Shown: positions 12,398-26,475 of the stretch, piece after piece
Numbering within the stretch: the first letter of the stretch is position 1
How the letters are laid out: each line of letters starts with the position of its first letter
NCBI GenBank assembly: GCA_951406725.2
Contig: OX597829.1
Location: 41,788,001-41,852,000, forward strand
Length of the DNA stretch: 64,000 nucleotides
Direction: 5' to 3'
DNA from: Octopus vulgaris
Lineage: Eukaryota
The notes under the pieces: generated by a model
Database searches by the model: none
Told to the model about the DNA's origin: nothing
The model's input: only the letters and a program-made list of their open reading frames with translations
Position numbers and translations under genes: made by a program

Positions 12398-15300
12398 TAC
12401 AACGGGCTTCTTTCATTTTCCATCTACCAAATCCATTCACAAGGCTTTGGTCAGCCCGAGATTATAGTAGAAGACACTTGCCCAAGGTAATGAATTAAAA
12501 ATATCTTCCATGCTATGCAGTTTGTGTCTGGCAGGGCTGTTTATTATAATTATTGTATCTTAGCTGTTCTAACAGCAAAAATCAAAGTTTAATTCTTTCG
12601 CATTTAAACTGGCCATATCTGGCCCAAATACTCAAAAACAGCAATCATCATCATCATCATCGTCGTCGTTTAGCGTCCGTTTTCCATGCTAGCATGGGTT
12701 GGACGGTTCTACTGGGGTCTGTGAAGCCAGAAGGCTTCATCAGGCCCAGTCAAATCTGGCAGTGTTTCTACGGCTGGATGCCCTTCCTAACGCCAACCAC
12801 TCCGTGAGTGTAGTGGGTGCTTTTTACGTGCCACCCGCACAGGTGCCAGACAGAGCTGGCAAACGGCCACGAAAGGATGGTGCTTTTTATGTGCCACTGG
12901 CACGAGGGCCAGGCGAGGCTGGCAACGGACACGAAACAGGGCGGTGCTGGCAACGGTCGCGAAACGGAAGGTTCTCTTACATGCCACCGGCACTAGTAAC
13001 ACATCTGCAATTTCCATTGATCGATTTCCATTCTGATCCTCACTTGCCTCAACGGGTCTTCACAAGTAGAGTTTCGACATGCCACCGGCACTGGTAACAC
13101 ATCTGCAATTTCCATTGATCGATTTCGATTCTGATCCTCACTTGCCTCAACAGGTCTTCACAAGTAGAGTTTTGTGTCCCAAGAAGGGGAGGTATGCATA
13201 CGTAGGCTGGCTCCATCCCATGTAGAAGGCCACGGGTTATGGACTCACTTGTCCTGCCGGGTCTTCTCGCGCACAGCACACTTCCAGAGGTCGGTCTCTA
13301 GTCATTTCCTCAGTGAGACCTAAAGTTCGAAGGTCGTGCTTCACCACCTCGTCCCATCTGATAATTCTGTTGAAATGTGGATTAACCTTTTAGCATTTAA
13401 ATTGGCCATATCCAGCCCAAATATTCTGTGTTTTATGTTGAAACTCGCCAGATCTGGCCTTTCACACCTACCCTACAATGCCATAGGAATTTGAACTCCA
13501 ACCACAACACAGCAAAAAAGTTTGCAATCATGAATAAGCCACAACACTTTATGTTCAAACTGGCTAGATCTGACCTCTTGCACCAACTCTACAACATCAG
13601 TCTAAAAATAAGCATTCACATCATTGAAATCTCAAAGTTACAAGATAATGCACTGAAAACAATGTAAATAAAGAAGCATTACATCTCACAGAGTAATATG
13701 AATATTAAGGGGTTAATAAGTTACCATAGTATATCATTAATTTCTCTCAGAGAAGTTGGACGCCCCCACCCTTAAAACTGTTTCAGACATTCTAAGGAAA
13801 AACAAGGTAAATAAACTCTTGCTTGTATCTCCACTAATCATACAAGATAAATATTTTCCTCATCATCTTTAGTTATTCTTTTACTCTTTTACTTGTTTCA
13901 GTCATTTGACTGCGGCCATGCTGGAGCACCGCCTTTAGTCGAGCAAATCGACCCCAGGACTTTATTCTTTAGAAACCTAGTACTTATTCTATCAGTCTCT
14001 TTTGCCAAACCGCTAAGTTACGGGGACGGAAACACACCAGCATCGGAAGTTGGGAGGGGGGGCGAACACAGATACACAAACATATACACATACATACATA
14101 TATATGTACATATATACGACGCACTTCTTTCAGTTTCCGTCTACCAAATCCACTCGCAAGGCTTTGGTCGGCCTGAGGCTATAGCAGAAGACACTTGCCC
14201 AAGGGGCCACGCAGTGGGAATGAACCCAGAACCATGTGGTTGGTAGGCACTCCTGCGCCTATGACAAATTTTTTTTTTCATTAAAAAATGAAGACACGTT
14301 TGAAATTTGGAGAAGGAGAGCAGTAGAACACAAGACTTTTATCTGCATCTCATGCTTCGATTGCCAAAGTGAAAATTTTTCCATGTAGTATGGAAGGAAA
14401 CGTGTATTTATACATTGGCTATGGCAACATCAGTAGGACTGGTACGTGTCAGCAGTGAAGTAGGCTGTGGCACCATTTTCAACAATATCAAGAGTGTGAG
14501 GAAACAACAACTTCCCCCATCATCGAATTCATTTACAAAGACTTCCCAACATTCTTAGTCACATGGAGGAGTGGCAATGACAACAAGAACAACAACAACA
14601 ACAGCAATACATCTGTGATGACAGCAACAACAATTTTACAAGTATTAGTGGCAATAACAATAGCGGAGATCAACACCATAGATCAGGGTAACATGACTAC
14701 AATAGCAAAAAAAATCTTCACCGAAACACACACACACATGCCTCTTTTCTTTTATTTCAAGCCATTTTGATTCCCATATTTCATTGCCACGACAGTGAGT
14801 TGTTGTAAGAGGATGTTATTGCCAGGGCAACGAGATAACAGGAACTAAAAGCAATTGCTCTAATCTCAAATGATGCTCAATGAAGTGACAGAACATTCAC
14901 CAAACAGCCACACACAGTGATTCTTAACCTGAGGGGTGTGCCATCCTAGGTAAGGCGTCAGCAACATCAAAGTGGAGTGCGAGCCCTTGAGAAAAAGCTG
15001 GAATTTCTCTAATTATATTTGTTATTATCTTAACGAGAGAGCATGATAAATTAATGAGAAGTTTATGAAAAAAAAAAATCTTCTACACCTTTAGTTTTCT
15101 TATTCTACTATCTTTTGCCGAACCACTAAGTTACAGGAAAGTAAACACACCACCATCAGTTGTCAAGCGATGTTGGGGGGACAAACACAGACACACTTCA
15201 TATCCCTCAAAACACTCACTAATTCTGAATTATAGTTTTAGCAATTGCCTTTATTTTGTAATTTTTTTTTTTTGTTACATCAAGACTCAGGTTAAGAACC

Positions 15301-16283
15301 ACTGGTATAAAGCTTAGATATTATCATCATGTAAAGACAAACATCTTTTTCAGTCAATAGATTATTAACAAGTTTGATCCACGGTTTTCATATATATGAA
15401 ATAATGTGGTTCTTAAAAATCAAGAGATATGCTGAAACATTATCAAATTATTATAGTAACATCATCATCATCATCGTTTAACGTCCGCTTTCCATGCTAG
15501 CATGGGTTGGACAGTTTTGACTGAGGGCTGGCGAACCAGATGGCTGCACCAGGCTTCAATCTTGATCTGGCAGAGTTTCTACAGCTGGATGCCCTTTCTA
15601 ATGCCAACCACTCCGAGAGTGTAGTGGGTGCTTTTTACATGCCAGTCAGGCGGTACTGTCAACGACCTCGCTCGAATCTTTTACACATGCCACTGGCACA
15701 GGTGCCAGTAAGACGATGCTGGTAACGATCATGCTCGAATGGTGTCTTTTACATGCCACCGGCACGGAGGTCAGTGACTTAATTTTAAAAATTGAAAACT
15801 ATTTTAAAATTTTAGCAAGATGAATATTATGATATATTTAAAAATAGAAAATAAAACAAAAAGTATGTAATAGGTTCTACTATTACTCAATTCAATAAAG
15901 TCTCAAAAAAACTAAAACACAAATTGGAAAAAATAAAAAATTTTAACAATAAAACCAAAATTTTTGATATTAAATGTTTATGTTAAAAATATAGTAAACT
16001 TCCTTGTCAGAAAAAAATTATAATATAAAGATAAATGTTAAACTAAAATTCAGATTAAATATAACAGAAAGTACTAGGTAAGACTAAAAGCTATGCAAAA
16101 TCTTTTATTTTTTAAAGAAATTTTTAAAAATATTTTTGTACAAATAAATACAATATTTTATTGTACAAATTTTTTGTATAACTTTTCTTTCAATTTAACT
16201 TATATTCCAAATTATTTTGTTTTAAAGTTTTTTCACAACTTTTTACTCCAAGCGTTCTAACTTGGGCCTTGACATTACATGTA

Positions 16284-16790
16284 CCATAAATCCTTGAGTA
16301 TAGTCCGCCCTTGAGTATAATACGCAGGGGATTTTTAGGGGGCTGTACTTCTGAAAAACCTAAACCTTGTGTATAATATGCACCCCTTCTCTAACTTGAG
16401 TCAAGGTCTATATAACGTCCTTGGTTTGTAAAACTGTATAAGGTAACATCCTTTATTATTATTGTATATATAACATAACGCAAACGTGTAGCTTTTTGTG
16501 CATTTTGTTTGCAGAAAATAAAGAAATAACAGTAATAACATTTAATAAATGTTGCTTACAGCAAGTTATGGATGATTCTTTTATGACTTCATTGCTTTCA
16601 AGCTTAGCTTAAGGTATTTTCGCGCCCGACATCACAAAATGCGTCTGAATAAACATTGCCGGACAGCAAATAGAGACTCGGACATTGCTTAGAAAATAAT
16701 TTTCATTTTTAACCTTGTATATAGTACGCACTAGGGATTTTGACCTTTAAATTTTGTGGAAAAATGAGGATTATACTCGAAGATTTATGA
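16284..16790. mobile_element. TA-flanked MITE nested in the hAT element
   Basis: TIR ccataaatccttgagtata / tatactcgaagatttatga with TA flanks. Confidence 0.65.
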
Positions 16791-16846
16791 TACCTTATCT
16801 TTTGTTCACATATTTGTGTTGTCCACTGCACATCAAATAATTTGCA

Positions 16847-19025
16847 ATGAGTACAAAGAAAAGGAAGTACAGTGATCCCTCATTCATTGTGGTAGATTGG
16901 TTCCGAGACCAGCTGTGATAACTGAATTTCCGCGAAGTAGGGACACCATATTTGCAGTATTTATTTAATGTGTATTTGGACTTTTAAAACCCTCCCTGTA
17001 CTATTAATAACCCACCCATTACAGTAGTCTATTAATAACAAGGATAACTGTTAAGCAATAGCACTTTAGATTTAAAAAAATAAAGATTGTTACTGTTACA
17101 CAGGCCAGATTACAAAATAGAAAGCTGAGATTCATCGTCTCTCTCCATTGCACCAATCACAGCCCGTCTTAAGTTCAAATACCCCTGTATATGCTTTTTT
17201 GCTATTTTATGCTTGTTTTGTTGTTCCTAGACTAGGAAATAACATTTATTATAAATATTTTAATGGATTTAATGAAAAATTTTAGGCGTTCATATATATA
17301 TATTTTTAAAATCCGCAAAGTCATGAATCTGCACTAGTTGAACTGCGAAGTAGCAAGGGATCACTGTATCTTGACAAATATATTCGAATTAGATTCATGT
17401 CCCTCTACAAGGGTGACACAAGTCCCCCAGTGTGTGATATGTTGAGCAATGATGGGATGCAACCCTCACGCTTGGAACACCACTTGAGGACAACACATTC
17501 TGCTCTTGCAGACAAACTCAAGGTATTCTTTGAAAGAAAAAGATATTCCTTGAAGCAAGCTAAGGTGGACGGTAGGGGGGCATTTTGGCAACAAGCTTTA
17601 ATGGTTGTTGAGGCTTCCTATGAAATCGCCATTTTGATCGCAAAGAGCAAGAAGAGCTATAACATTGGAGAGCCTCTCATAAAGCCAAATGTACTCCATG
17701 CAGTAGAACTTGTTCCGGGGAAAGACAGTGCAAACAAGCTTTCCCAGATTTCACTATCAAATGATACAGTCAATGGAAGGATCGATGACTTGTCTCAAGA
17801 CATTAAAGATCAAATTCTCGACCAAGTAAGAGATTCTTCAGTTTTTGCCATCCAGTGTGACGAAATGACTGTCATCGCTCAGTGTTCTCAGTTACTGGTA
17901 TAAGCTCGTTTTGCATCAGGCAACTATGTAAAAGAGGAAATCTTGTTGTGACCCTATGAATAGTAGTACAACAGCTGCAGATATTTTCATGATGTGTCAG
18001 GTTTCTTTTGTTGGTAGGGGTGTTCCCTGATGGAGCTCCAGCCATGCTTGGTCTGTAGTCTGGATTCATTACTAGGGTGAAAGAAATAATCCATCTGTTG
18101 TAGGTACACACTGCATACTTCATTGTGAAACCTTAGCATCCAGAACCTTACCTACTGAAGTGAGAAATGTCCTGAACGTGGCTATCAAGGTTGTCAACTT
18201 TGTTAAAGGTGGAGCCTTAAACAGCCATCTTTTAAAACTGTTGTATAAAGATATGGAATCTGAACATGAAATGTTGCTTTTTCACACGAACGTACAATGG
18301 CTATCAAAGGGGAACGTGCTTGGACAGCTTTATGAACTACAAGAAGTAGCAGAAATATTTCTAGATTTGCAGCAGAAGGCAGATCTCCATGACAAGTTCC
18401 AGTCTGAAGGCTCTCGACTTTAAACTACAAAGGAAAAATATCAACATTCTCATGCACCACAACACCATTTGAACCTTCATGGCCAAACTCGAATTCTGGA
18501 AATGTTGAATTCAGCAGGGAAATACAACCAGTTTTAGTTACTTGGATTCTGCTCTCATTCATGGTAACCTTGATTCTGAGTTAAAGAAACAAATAATCAC
18601 TCCTCTAACTGCCTTGCAAACAGAATTCATCAGATACTTCCCAGATATACATGAAAAGCATGAAGCTTGGAAATTCTTCAGGAACCCATTTCAGTGTGAA
18701 GTGATGTTGTTTTGGATGAAGTGCAAGAGGAATTTCTTCAGCTGAAGTTCAATTCCCAGCTAAGGAAGACTTCAAAGAACTGGATCTTGAAATATTCTGG
18801 ATCAAGTACCTTCCTGTTTACCCTCTGATCTCACATCAGGCACTTCGGATTTGAGCTATGTTTGGATCCACATATGTTTGTGAAGCTGCATTTTCCACAC
18901 TCGTTGCTGTCAAGACCAAATACAGAAACAGGCTGAATGTTGAAAGGGACTTATGTTGTGCACTCTCTAGCATTCAACCACGGATTTAAGATCTTGTAGC
19001 TAAGAAGCAATATCAAGTATCTTAC
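16847..19025 (+). pseudogene. hAT transposase pseudogene (ZBED5/ZBED8/Buster-like)
   Basis: MSTKKRKY|LDKY start split by a TA-MITE; motifs ISLSNDTV..RI, FAIQCDE.T, LLFHTNVQWLSKG, C-terminal STYVCEAAFS..KTKYRNRL; multiple stops and frameshifts. Confidence 0.88.
16870..17366. mobile_element. Tigger/pogo-type MITE nested in the hAT transposase
   Basis: TA|cagtgatccct ... agggatcactg|TA; removing it restores the KRKY-LDKY reading. Confidence 0.8.
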
Positions 19026-20375
19026 TTTTTGTGCTTATATATAAAATTATACATAGGGAGACCCAGGAAAACATGAGATGAGGTGGTGGAGCATGACCTT
19101 CGAACATTGGGCTTCACAGGGGCAATGACAAAAGACCGAGACCTCTGGAGATATGCTGAAGACCCGGCAAATAAAGTGAGTCCATAGCTGTAACCTACAC
19201 CAGCATTGCATAATCAGCCCACTCAAAGTACATTGGATCGTGGGGCGACATGCCATGCTTGAGGAGACCTATTGAGTTAAGAACATCAACATCAATATCA
19301 AAATCAAATCAAATCAAATTACAATCAAATAGAAATTGTAGTTGTGACCCTCATGCTGGTGGCACATAAAAAGCACCATCCGAACGTGGCCGATGCCAGT
19401 GCCATAAAAAGCACCATCCAAACGTGGCAGATGCCAGTGCCGCCTTGACTGGCTTCTGTGCCAGTGGCACGTAAAAAGCACCCACCACCCACTACACTCT
19501 CAGAGTGGTTAGCATCCAACTGTAGAAACACTGCCAGATCAGATTGAGGCCTGTGTAGCCTCCTGGCTTCCCAGACACCAGTCAAACCATCCAACCCATG
19601 CCAGCATGGAAAACGGATGTTAAATGATGATGATAAATGATGATTATATATAAAATGTGACTATATATAAAATTATACATATTTTGTATAATGTGACTAA
19701 TTCATATTCAATAAAAAAAGACTAAAAGCATATTTAAGATTTTATTTAGAATCTGGGAAGGAATTTTATTCATAGATGCAAGGGGGCATGGGGAGAAGGA
19801 CAAATTCCTAGGGGAGGCATGGTAGTAAAAAGGTTAAGAACCACTGGTCACACAGCTATACTGCTACTGCCTATATCAATGCCATCACCCCACCACAACC
19901 ACCACATGAACAGCCAAATATGGAATCATATTTGGAATGATATCAACAACAAAAGCAACATCAAGTGAACACAAATATAACAATAACCACAGCAAAAACT
20001 CAAAACGAATGATGAAGGGCAGCAACAACAATGGAAAAAACACCAACAACCAAATGCACAAAATCTACAAAATAGAATCTACTACAATCTGGTGAGATTC
20101 AAAGCTGGACACTTTGGAAAATACAGGCAAAAATAAATAAATAAAATAAAATAAAATAAAATAAAAAAGTAAAGATTTTTGTTGAACTTAATTCTAAAAC
20201 TCAGCTGAGGATAGTATTTAGAATTTTGATCAAAGAGCTAGCAAACAGCTTGTTGCTATTGTCATTGATGGTGCACTTGAGGAAATGCAGACCAATATGA
20301 TGTGAGGTAGATCTATCTACAACAACCTCTACTTCATTTGATATATCATTGAGCAAGTAGGAAACAAACTTGGCT

Positions 20376-20438
<63 letters not shown>

Positions 20439-21933
20439 GATGGGGGGAGGTGCTCCAATACCATATTTCAGATGTTTCTATCTAATTTCTATAATTTTGA
20501 AGATTGGTTCCAAATTCTTAGAAAATTAGTTTTAGCTTTGGTTTATATCATCTATCTATCTCTGTCTCTCTCTGATATATATATATATATATATATCAAA
20601 TCCTTTGCCTCTCTGTTCCCAATGCATTCTCAAATGGCTCAACCAAATCAAATCAAATTTTACATGGTAATACCTATTTCTTTACTACCTATAAGGGGCT
20701 AAACATAGAGGGGACAAACAAGGACAGACAAAGGGATTAAGTCGATTACATCGACCCCAGTGCATAACTGGTACTTAATTTATCGACCCCGAAAGCAAAG
20801 TCGACCTCGGCAGAATTTGAACACACAGCGTAACAGCAGACGAATTACCATGAAGCATTTCACCCAGCTTGCTGACGATTCTGCCAACTGTCGCCTACAT
20901 AGTAATACCATCAGACCCCGTGAGTGTCAACATGTAATTTCTGGGGGTTAAAACAATGCAACATTGGCACTGGTTCTGTATTACGGGTCAAAAGTCAACA
21001 AGTAAAAGTGAAAGAATAACATCTATAGTGTAATGTGATATATTGTTTCATTTTTATACTTTTACTTTTAATTCTAACAACAACGTCACATTTTGTATAT
21101 GATTGTGTCTCTGTGAATGTATGTGTATGAGTGTGCATATACCTCACAGTGTGTGTGCATGTCTTTTCACGCTAGGTATGTTATTAAACAGACTGTATGT
21201 ATGTGAGAGCTGATCAGTGTCAATACGAAATTATATTTTCATTTCAATTAAAACAATACAACATTTCATAGAGATAATCTTTCTATTTATGGAGATGTAC
21301 TTGCATAGCAAGTGACTCGATCTGACACCATGTGCTTGGGACATATATATACACAATCTTCGATGGAATAACAGTTATATATACAACTTGAACAGACACA
21401 CATACAAGTACATAAACATACATTTCATGTACATACACATATACACACACGGACATGTCTACACACTTATGCTAACATATATACATACAAATATATGTAT
21501 ATGCATGTGCATTTACACACATATATATATACATGCATATACACACACATACATAAACATATATATATCTTGAACTAACTGTTACTTTCTCAGATGAAGC
21601 AAGAAGTTTTGTCAGTGAACAGGTCATGGTTTCAATGCAAGGAAAATATTTTGACACAAATGAAATTTAAATGTTGAAGTCAAACTAATGGTTTTTATGT
21701 GTTCTTGAATGGCTTACAAGCATCTTCCATGCTGCAATCTTTCTATTGTCAACAGGACATTTTATAACAACGGCGACGCCAAAATCACATTCTGTATATG
21801 ACTGTGTATCTGTCTGTGAGTGTATGTGCATAAGTGTGTATATATAGCGTATGTATTTTTCTGTGTTAGCTATGTTATTAAATGCACACATCAACACAAA
21901 GATATACATATGTAATGATATATTATTAAACAT

Positions 21934-21964
<31 letters not shown>

Positions 21965-22057
21965 AAGTTAATCCAAACAAGAAAGCACAAAAAAAACACA
22001 ACAATGCGAGGACGTGGAACAAATATAGTATTATTGGACGCTGAGGAAAGAAGGAGG

Positions 22058-22092
22058 GTTTAACGTTTCGAGCGGAGTTCTTCGTCGGAAAC
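22058..22092 (-). ncRNA. Minimal type I hammerhead-like motif of Penelope type
   Basis: Minus strand reads gttt-CCGACGA-a-gaac tcc gctc-GAAA-CGTT-aaac; palindromic ACGT stem III; U4->C. It sits in a ~200-bp insert between (TA)n tracts. Confidence 0.55.
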
Positions 22093-22701
22093 ATAGGAGA
22101 AGGAAAGATCCAGAGAAGGGAAGACAGAGGAAAAAAAATCGCCAACGGTACACACGAGGTCACATTATATATACACATGTGATAACTGACGACGACATCA
22201 CATTTTGAATATGATTAGCTGTCTGTGAATGTATATGTGTGAGTGTATATCTCACAGTGCGTCTTTCTTCATTAGGCACATTATTAAACACACTATATGT
22301 ATGTGAGGGCTGGTCAGTGTCAATATGAAATTTTATTTTCATCTCGATTAAGACAATATAACTTTTCATAGAGATAATCTTTCTATTGTCAACAGGACGT
22401 TTTATACCACAACGACGACGACGACATCACCTTTTGTACATGACAGTGTATCTGTCTGTGAGTGTATGTGTGTATGAGTGTATGAGTGTGTATATGTCTC
22501 AGTGTGTGTGTCTTTCTGCATTAGGTACATTATTAAACATACACATCGATACACATATACATATATGACAACTGATATGTGTGAATGTATGTCTGTGTGT
22601 GTCTATCTTATTATACGTATGTGAGGGATGGCCATTGTCAATACGAAATTTTATTTTCATTTTGACTAAAACAATATAACATTTTATAGATATAATCTTT
22701 C

Positions 22702-23129
22702 GGATTTTTTTGGTTTGAACGGAAGTTTTTTCTAGCAGTGTCATATGAAATTGTCACCCATAATTATGACCCTGGTATCAATCTATTGCATTTCAATCTG
22801 TTTTAGGGTTAGGGTTAGTTAGGGTTAGGGTTGGGGGGGGGGTTATTTTTTTCCTTTACAAATGTAAATAAACCCAATCTGTTTCTTAAACGAGGGACAT
22901 ATTCATACGACACAGAATGTTTTTTTTTACCTCAATAGACATCAGTGATTGGTTGAAATTGCAGAAACTGAAGAAAAAAACAATAAATATCTTACAAACT
23001 ATAGAATTTTCTCAATAAAGCCAAGAGAAAAAGATGTTTTATAAACACATTCTACCAGTATATGAAGTTTAAAATTTTTTAGTTACCTGGAAATTATGTT
23101 AGAAACTGCCGTTCAAACCGAAAAGATCC
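22702..23129 (-). mobile_element. MITE family T copy (reverse orientation)
   Basis: Same TIRs; TSD aatctttc; ttaggg repeats at ~22803-22831. Confidence 0.85.
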
Positions 23130-25083
23130 AATCTTTCTATTGTCAACAAGACATTTTATACCATGACAGCAACATCACATTTTGTATATGATTATGTATC
23201 TTGTCTGTGAGTGTGTGTAAGTGCATGAGTGTGCATATGTCCCATAGTGTGTTTCTCTGCGTTAGGTATGTTATTATCTACGCATACATATACATATGTA
23301 ACAACTGACATGTGTGTATGTATGTCAATGTGTGGCTATCTTAGTATATCTACGTGAGTGTATGTCAAGAACATTTTATACCACAATGATGATGTCACAT
23401 TTTGTATATAGTGTATATCTGTGTGAATGTATGAGTGTGTATGTGTCTGTAAGTGTGTGTGTTTCCACGTTACGTATGTTATTAAACACAAACACACACA
23501 CATCTACACATACATATACATATGTGACGACTGACATGCCTGAATGTATGTATGTGAGTTCTAGAGGTGAAACTCTTGAAAAAAACAATGAGGTGGCAAT
23601 GTCTGAGGTATATATAAAAATATACATTCACTGTTTCAAAATCAAATGAAAATCAATTCGATGACTGGCATCTGTGCTAGCGGGGTGCAAAGAGCACCAT
23701 ACGAATGTGATCATTGACAGAGCGGCTATTCGAAAATGATCGTTACCAGCGTCGCCTTACTGGCACTTAGGCCTGTGCTAGTAGGGTGCCAAGGGCACCA
23801 TCCAAGCGAGATCGTTGCCAGAGAAGCCAACTGGCTTCCGTACCTGTGACACATACAAGGGCACCGTTCGAGCGTGATTGTTACCAACGTCGCTTCACTG
23901 GCACCTGTGCCAGTGGCACGTGTAAAAAGATTCGAGCAAGGTCATTGCCAGTACCGCCTGACTGGGCTCTGTGCCGGTGGCATGTGTAAAAGATTCGAGC
24001 GAGGTCATTGCCAGTACCGCCTGACTGGCAGGTAAAAAGCACCCACTATACTCTCGGAGTAGTTGGTGTTTGGAAGGGCATCCAGCTGTAGAAACTCTGC
24101 CAGATAAAGATTGGAGCCTGGTGCAGCCTCCTGGCTTCCCAGACCCCGGTCGAACCGTCCAACCCATGCCAGCATGGAAAACGGACGTTAAACGATGATG
24201 ATGATGATGATGATGATTGTTTCATTACCAGTTAATAATTATCGCAGCGGTTGCAAAGTGTTTACAATTACATATTTACCCTTCCGTTAAGAAATTTATT
24301 CTATATATATATATATAATTCTTTATCTCTGTAATAATTATTGTGGCATTTACTGTTAAATTAGCAGTTCCATACATGTGCTTCTCTTTCGTTCATTTGC
24401 TTATATTTCATTAATTTACACTGCATACAAAAATACACAGACATACTATATACATACCACACAGTAAGCCATTATGCCTTATCTTTTTTCAAGTAATTCA
24501 TTACTACATATTCTCATGTGACTGCATAGGCTCGCTTTATGTTTCTCATTCTCCACCCACACAAGCAATCCAATATCAACCCTTCACCTTCTACAACATT
24601 TCAATAGTTCGCTTCCCCGTTGCAGCTCATTTCCAGAATGTACCCATTTACGTACAATATCACGACCAACCGATCATGGCCGTTGCCAGCCTCGCCTGGC
24701 ACATAAAAAGCACCCACTACACTCACGGAGTAGTTGGCGTTAGGAAGGGCATCCAGCTGTAGAAACACTGCCAGATCAGATTGGAGCCTGGTGCAGCCAT
24801 CTGGTTTGCCAGACCCTGGTCAAACCTTCCAACCCATGCCAGCATGGAAAACGGACGTTAAACGATGCTGATGATGATCTCCATTACACCTCCATTCATT
24901 TGACTCTCAACCATATGATGGGTCATGTTAGACGCAGCGCTGACTGCTGCAAAGGCGAGTTTATCCACTAACAGCTTTGCGGTGTGTTCATACATCCCAA
25001 CCCCCAATTTTTCCATGACCTGTTAGGGCCTGGAATACTCTAAACAGAGGCATGACATGTCACTTAGTCGAATTAGTCTATCA

Positions 25084-25441
25084 TCTCTATATATATAAAT
25101 GGCAAAATGTCTGTGTGTGTGTCCTTTATACAAATCCACAATTTTTCAGTTAGAGGGCTCGCACTTTCTATGGTCATTCAAAATCGTCCAAGGGTGGTCG
25201 TGCACATCTTTACATTTCCCCAATCACCCTGCACAGCCATTAAAAAATCAATAGAAGTGACTTTTTTGTGAATTTTCTATCCAAAACCCAATCAAAATGC
25301 CCAAAACTTGATACGCCAATTGAATGCCAGCTAGCTGTATGGTCGGAGATTTGGACAGTACCCGCATGTATGTGTGCACGCACGCAGCTGTATATGTATG
25401 CACTAGCACTATGACCCGGCGTTGCCAGGTCATAGTGCTAG
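25084..25441 (+). mobile_element. Non-autonomous Helitron
   Basis: A|TC start, subterminal hairpin gacccggcgttgccaggtc, CTAG|T end. A second Helitron-type 3' end follows at ~25540-25568. Confidence 0.75.
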
Positions 25442-26097
25442 TTTACTCTACAATTGTTTTATCATCAATGCTGCACTTTCCCGTATCACCTGTTCCAACC
25501 TAACTGTAATGTATATATAGACAAACTATACCATTTTAATCCCAAGCAATGCCAGGTACCTCTGCTAGTAAATGGATAAAATTCTACAACAACAAATCCA
25601 TTCATCTTCTACTCTCACTATTCCTGGGAGAGACATGAAGGTAGAATCTTCGGGTACCTCCTCGATAGGGTCCTATCAGAAGCAAGTGTTATGAGATTTT
25701 CTGCTTGGATCCCAAAAGATGATCAACCGAGACAATGGGTATTATCTAGCCATCTTATTCGTAATCTACTCCTAAGTCTCCTTAAAGAATTCTAACAATT
25801 CTTTCCTGCGACATTCTAATCACATGTCTATAATACTGGAGCTGTGACTTCTCAATGCAGAAAAGTAGCAGATCGACCTGAAGAAACTCACAGATCTTCA
25901 AGCTATGCTGGACGAATCAACAGATCAAAATCCTTTTATTGTCCTAAGATTACAGACCTTGTTTACTACTAACAAATGACAAACATGGTTCCGTCATTAA
26001 CTTTTTATCTTTCAAATCAACCAAATGCAACTGCTATAATAAATATTACTGATTACTGAAACCAGCATGACCTGTGATGAAAGGCATTTTTTTTTAA

Positions 26098-26444
26098 CCC
26101 TTTAGTGTTTAAACCGGCCATATCAGGCCAAAATTGTCTTCCTGTTATATGCTCAAACCAGCCAGCTCTGACTTCTCACACCTACCCTACAAAGTCATTC
26201 TAAAAATAAACAGGGACATCATCAAAATCTCAGAGTTACAAGATGCTGTACAATTAATTTTAAACGATGTAGTTAAACAGAGGCGCAGGAGTGGCTGTGT
26301 GGTAAGTAGCTTGCTTACCAACTACATGGTTCCAGGTTCAGTCCCACTGCATGGCACCTTGGGCAAGTGTCTTCTACTATAGCCTCAGGCCGACCAAAGC
26401 CTTGTGAGTGGATTTGGTAGACGGAAACTGAAAGAAGCCCGTCG

Positions 26445-26475
<31 letters not shown>

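Larger units (their letters stand above)
14915..19846 (+). mobile_element. Decayed hAT (Buster/Charlie-like) DNA transposon
   Basis: TIR cagtgattcttaacct / aggttaagaaccactg; 8-bp TSD gccacaca/gtcacaca; internal transposase relics. Confidence 0.85.
21080..23560 (+). repeat. Degenerate tandem array of ~200-330-bp units interrupted by other elements
   Basis: catcacattttgtatatga...ttaggtatgttattaaaca...ataatctttctattgtcaac recurs at ~21083, 21786, 22195, 22424, 23172 and 23393. Confidence 0.7.

Noticed and set aside
14414-14831. Two RFX X-box-like motifs (ggctatggcaac, ttgccagggcaac)
   Set aside because: Short degenerate motifs in low-complexity caa-rich DNA; could arise by chance.
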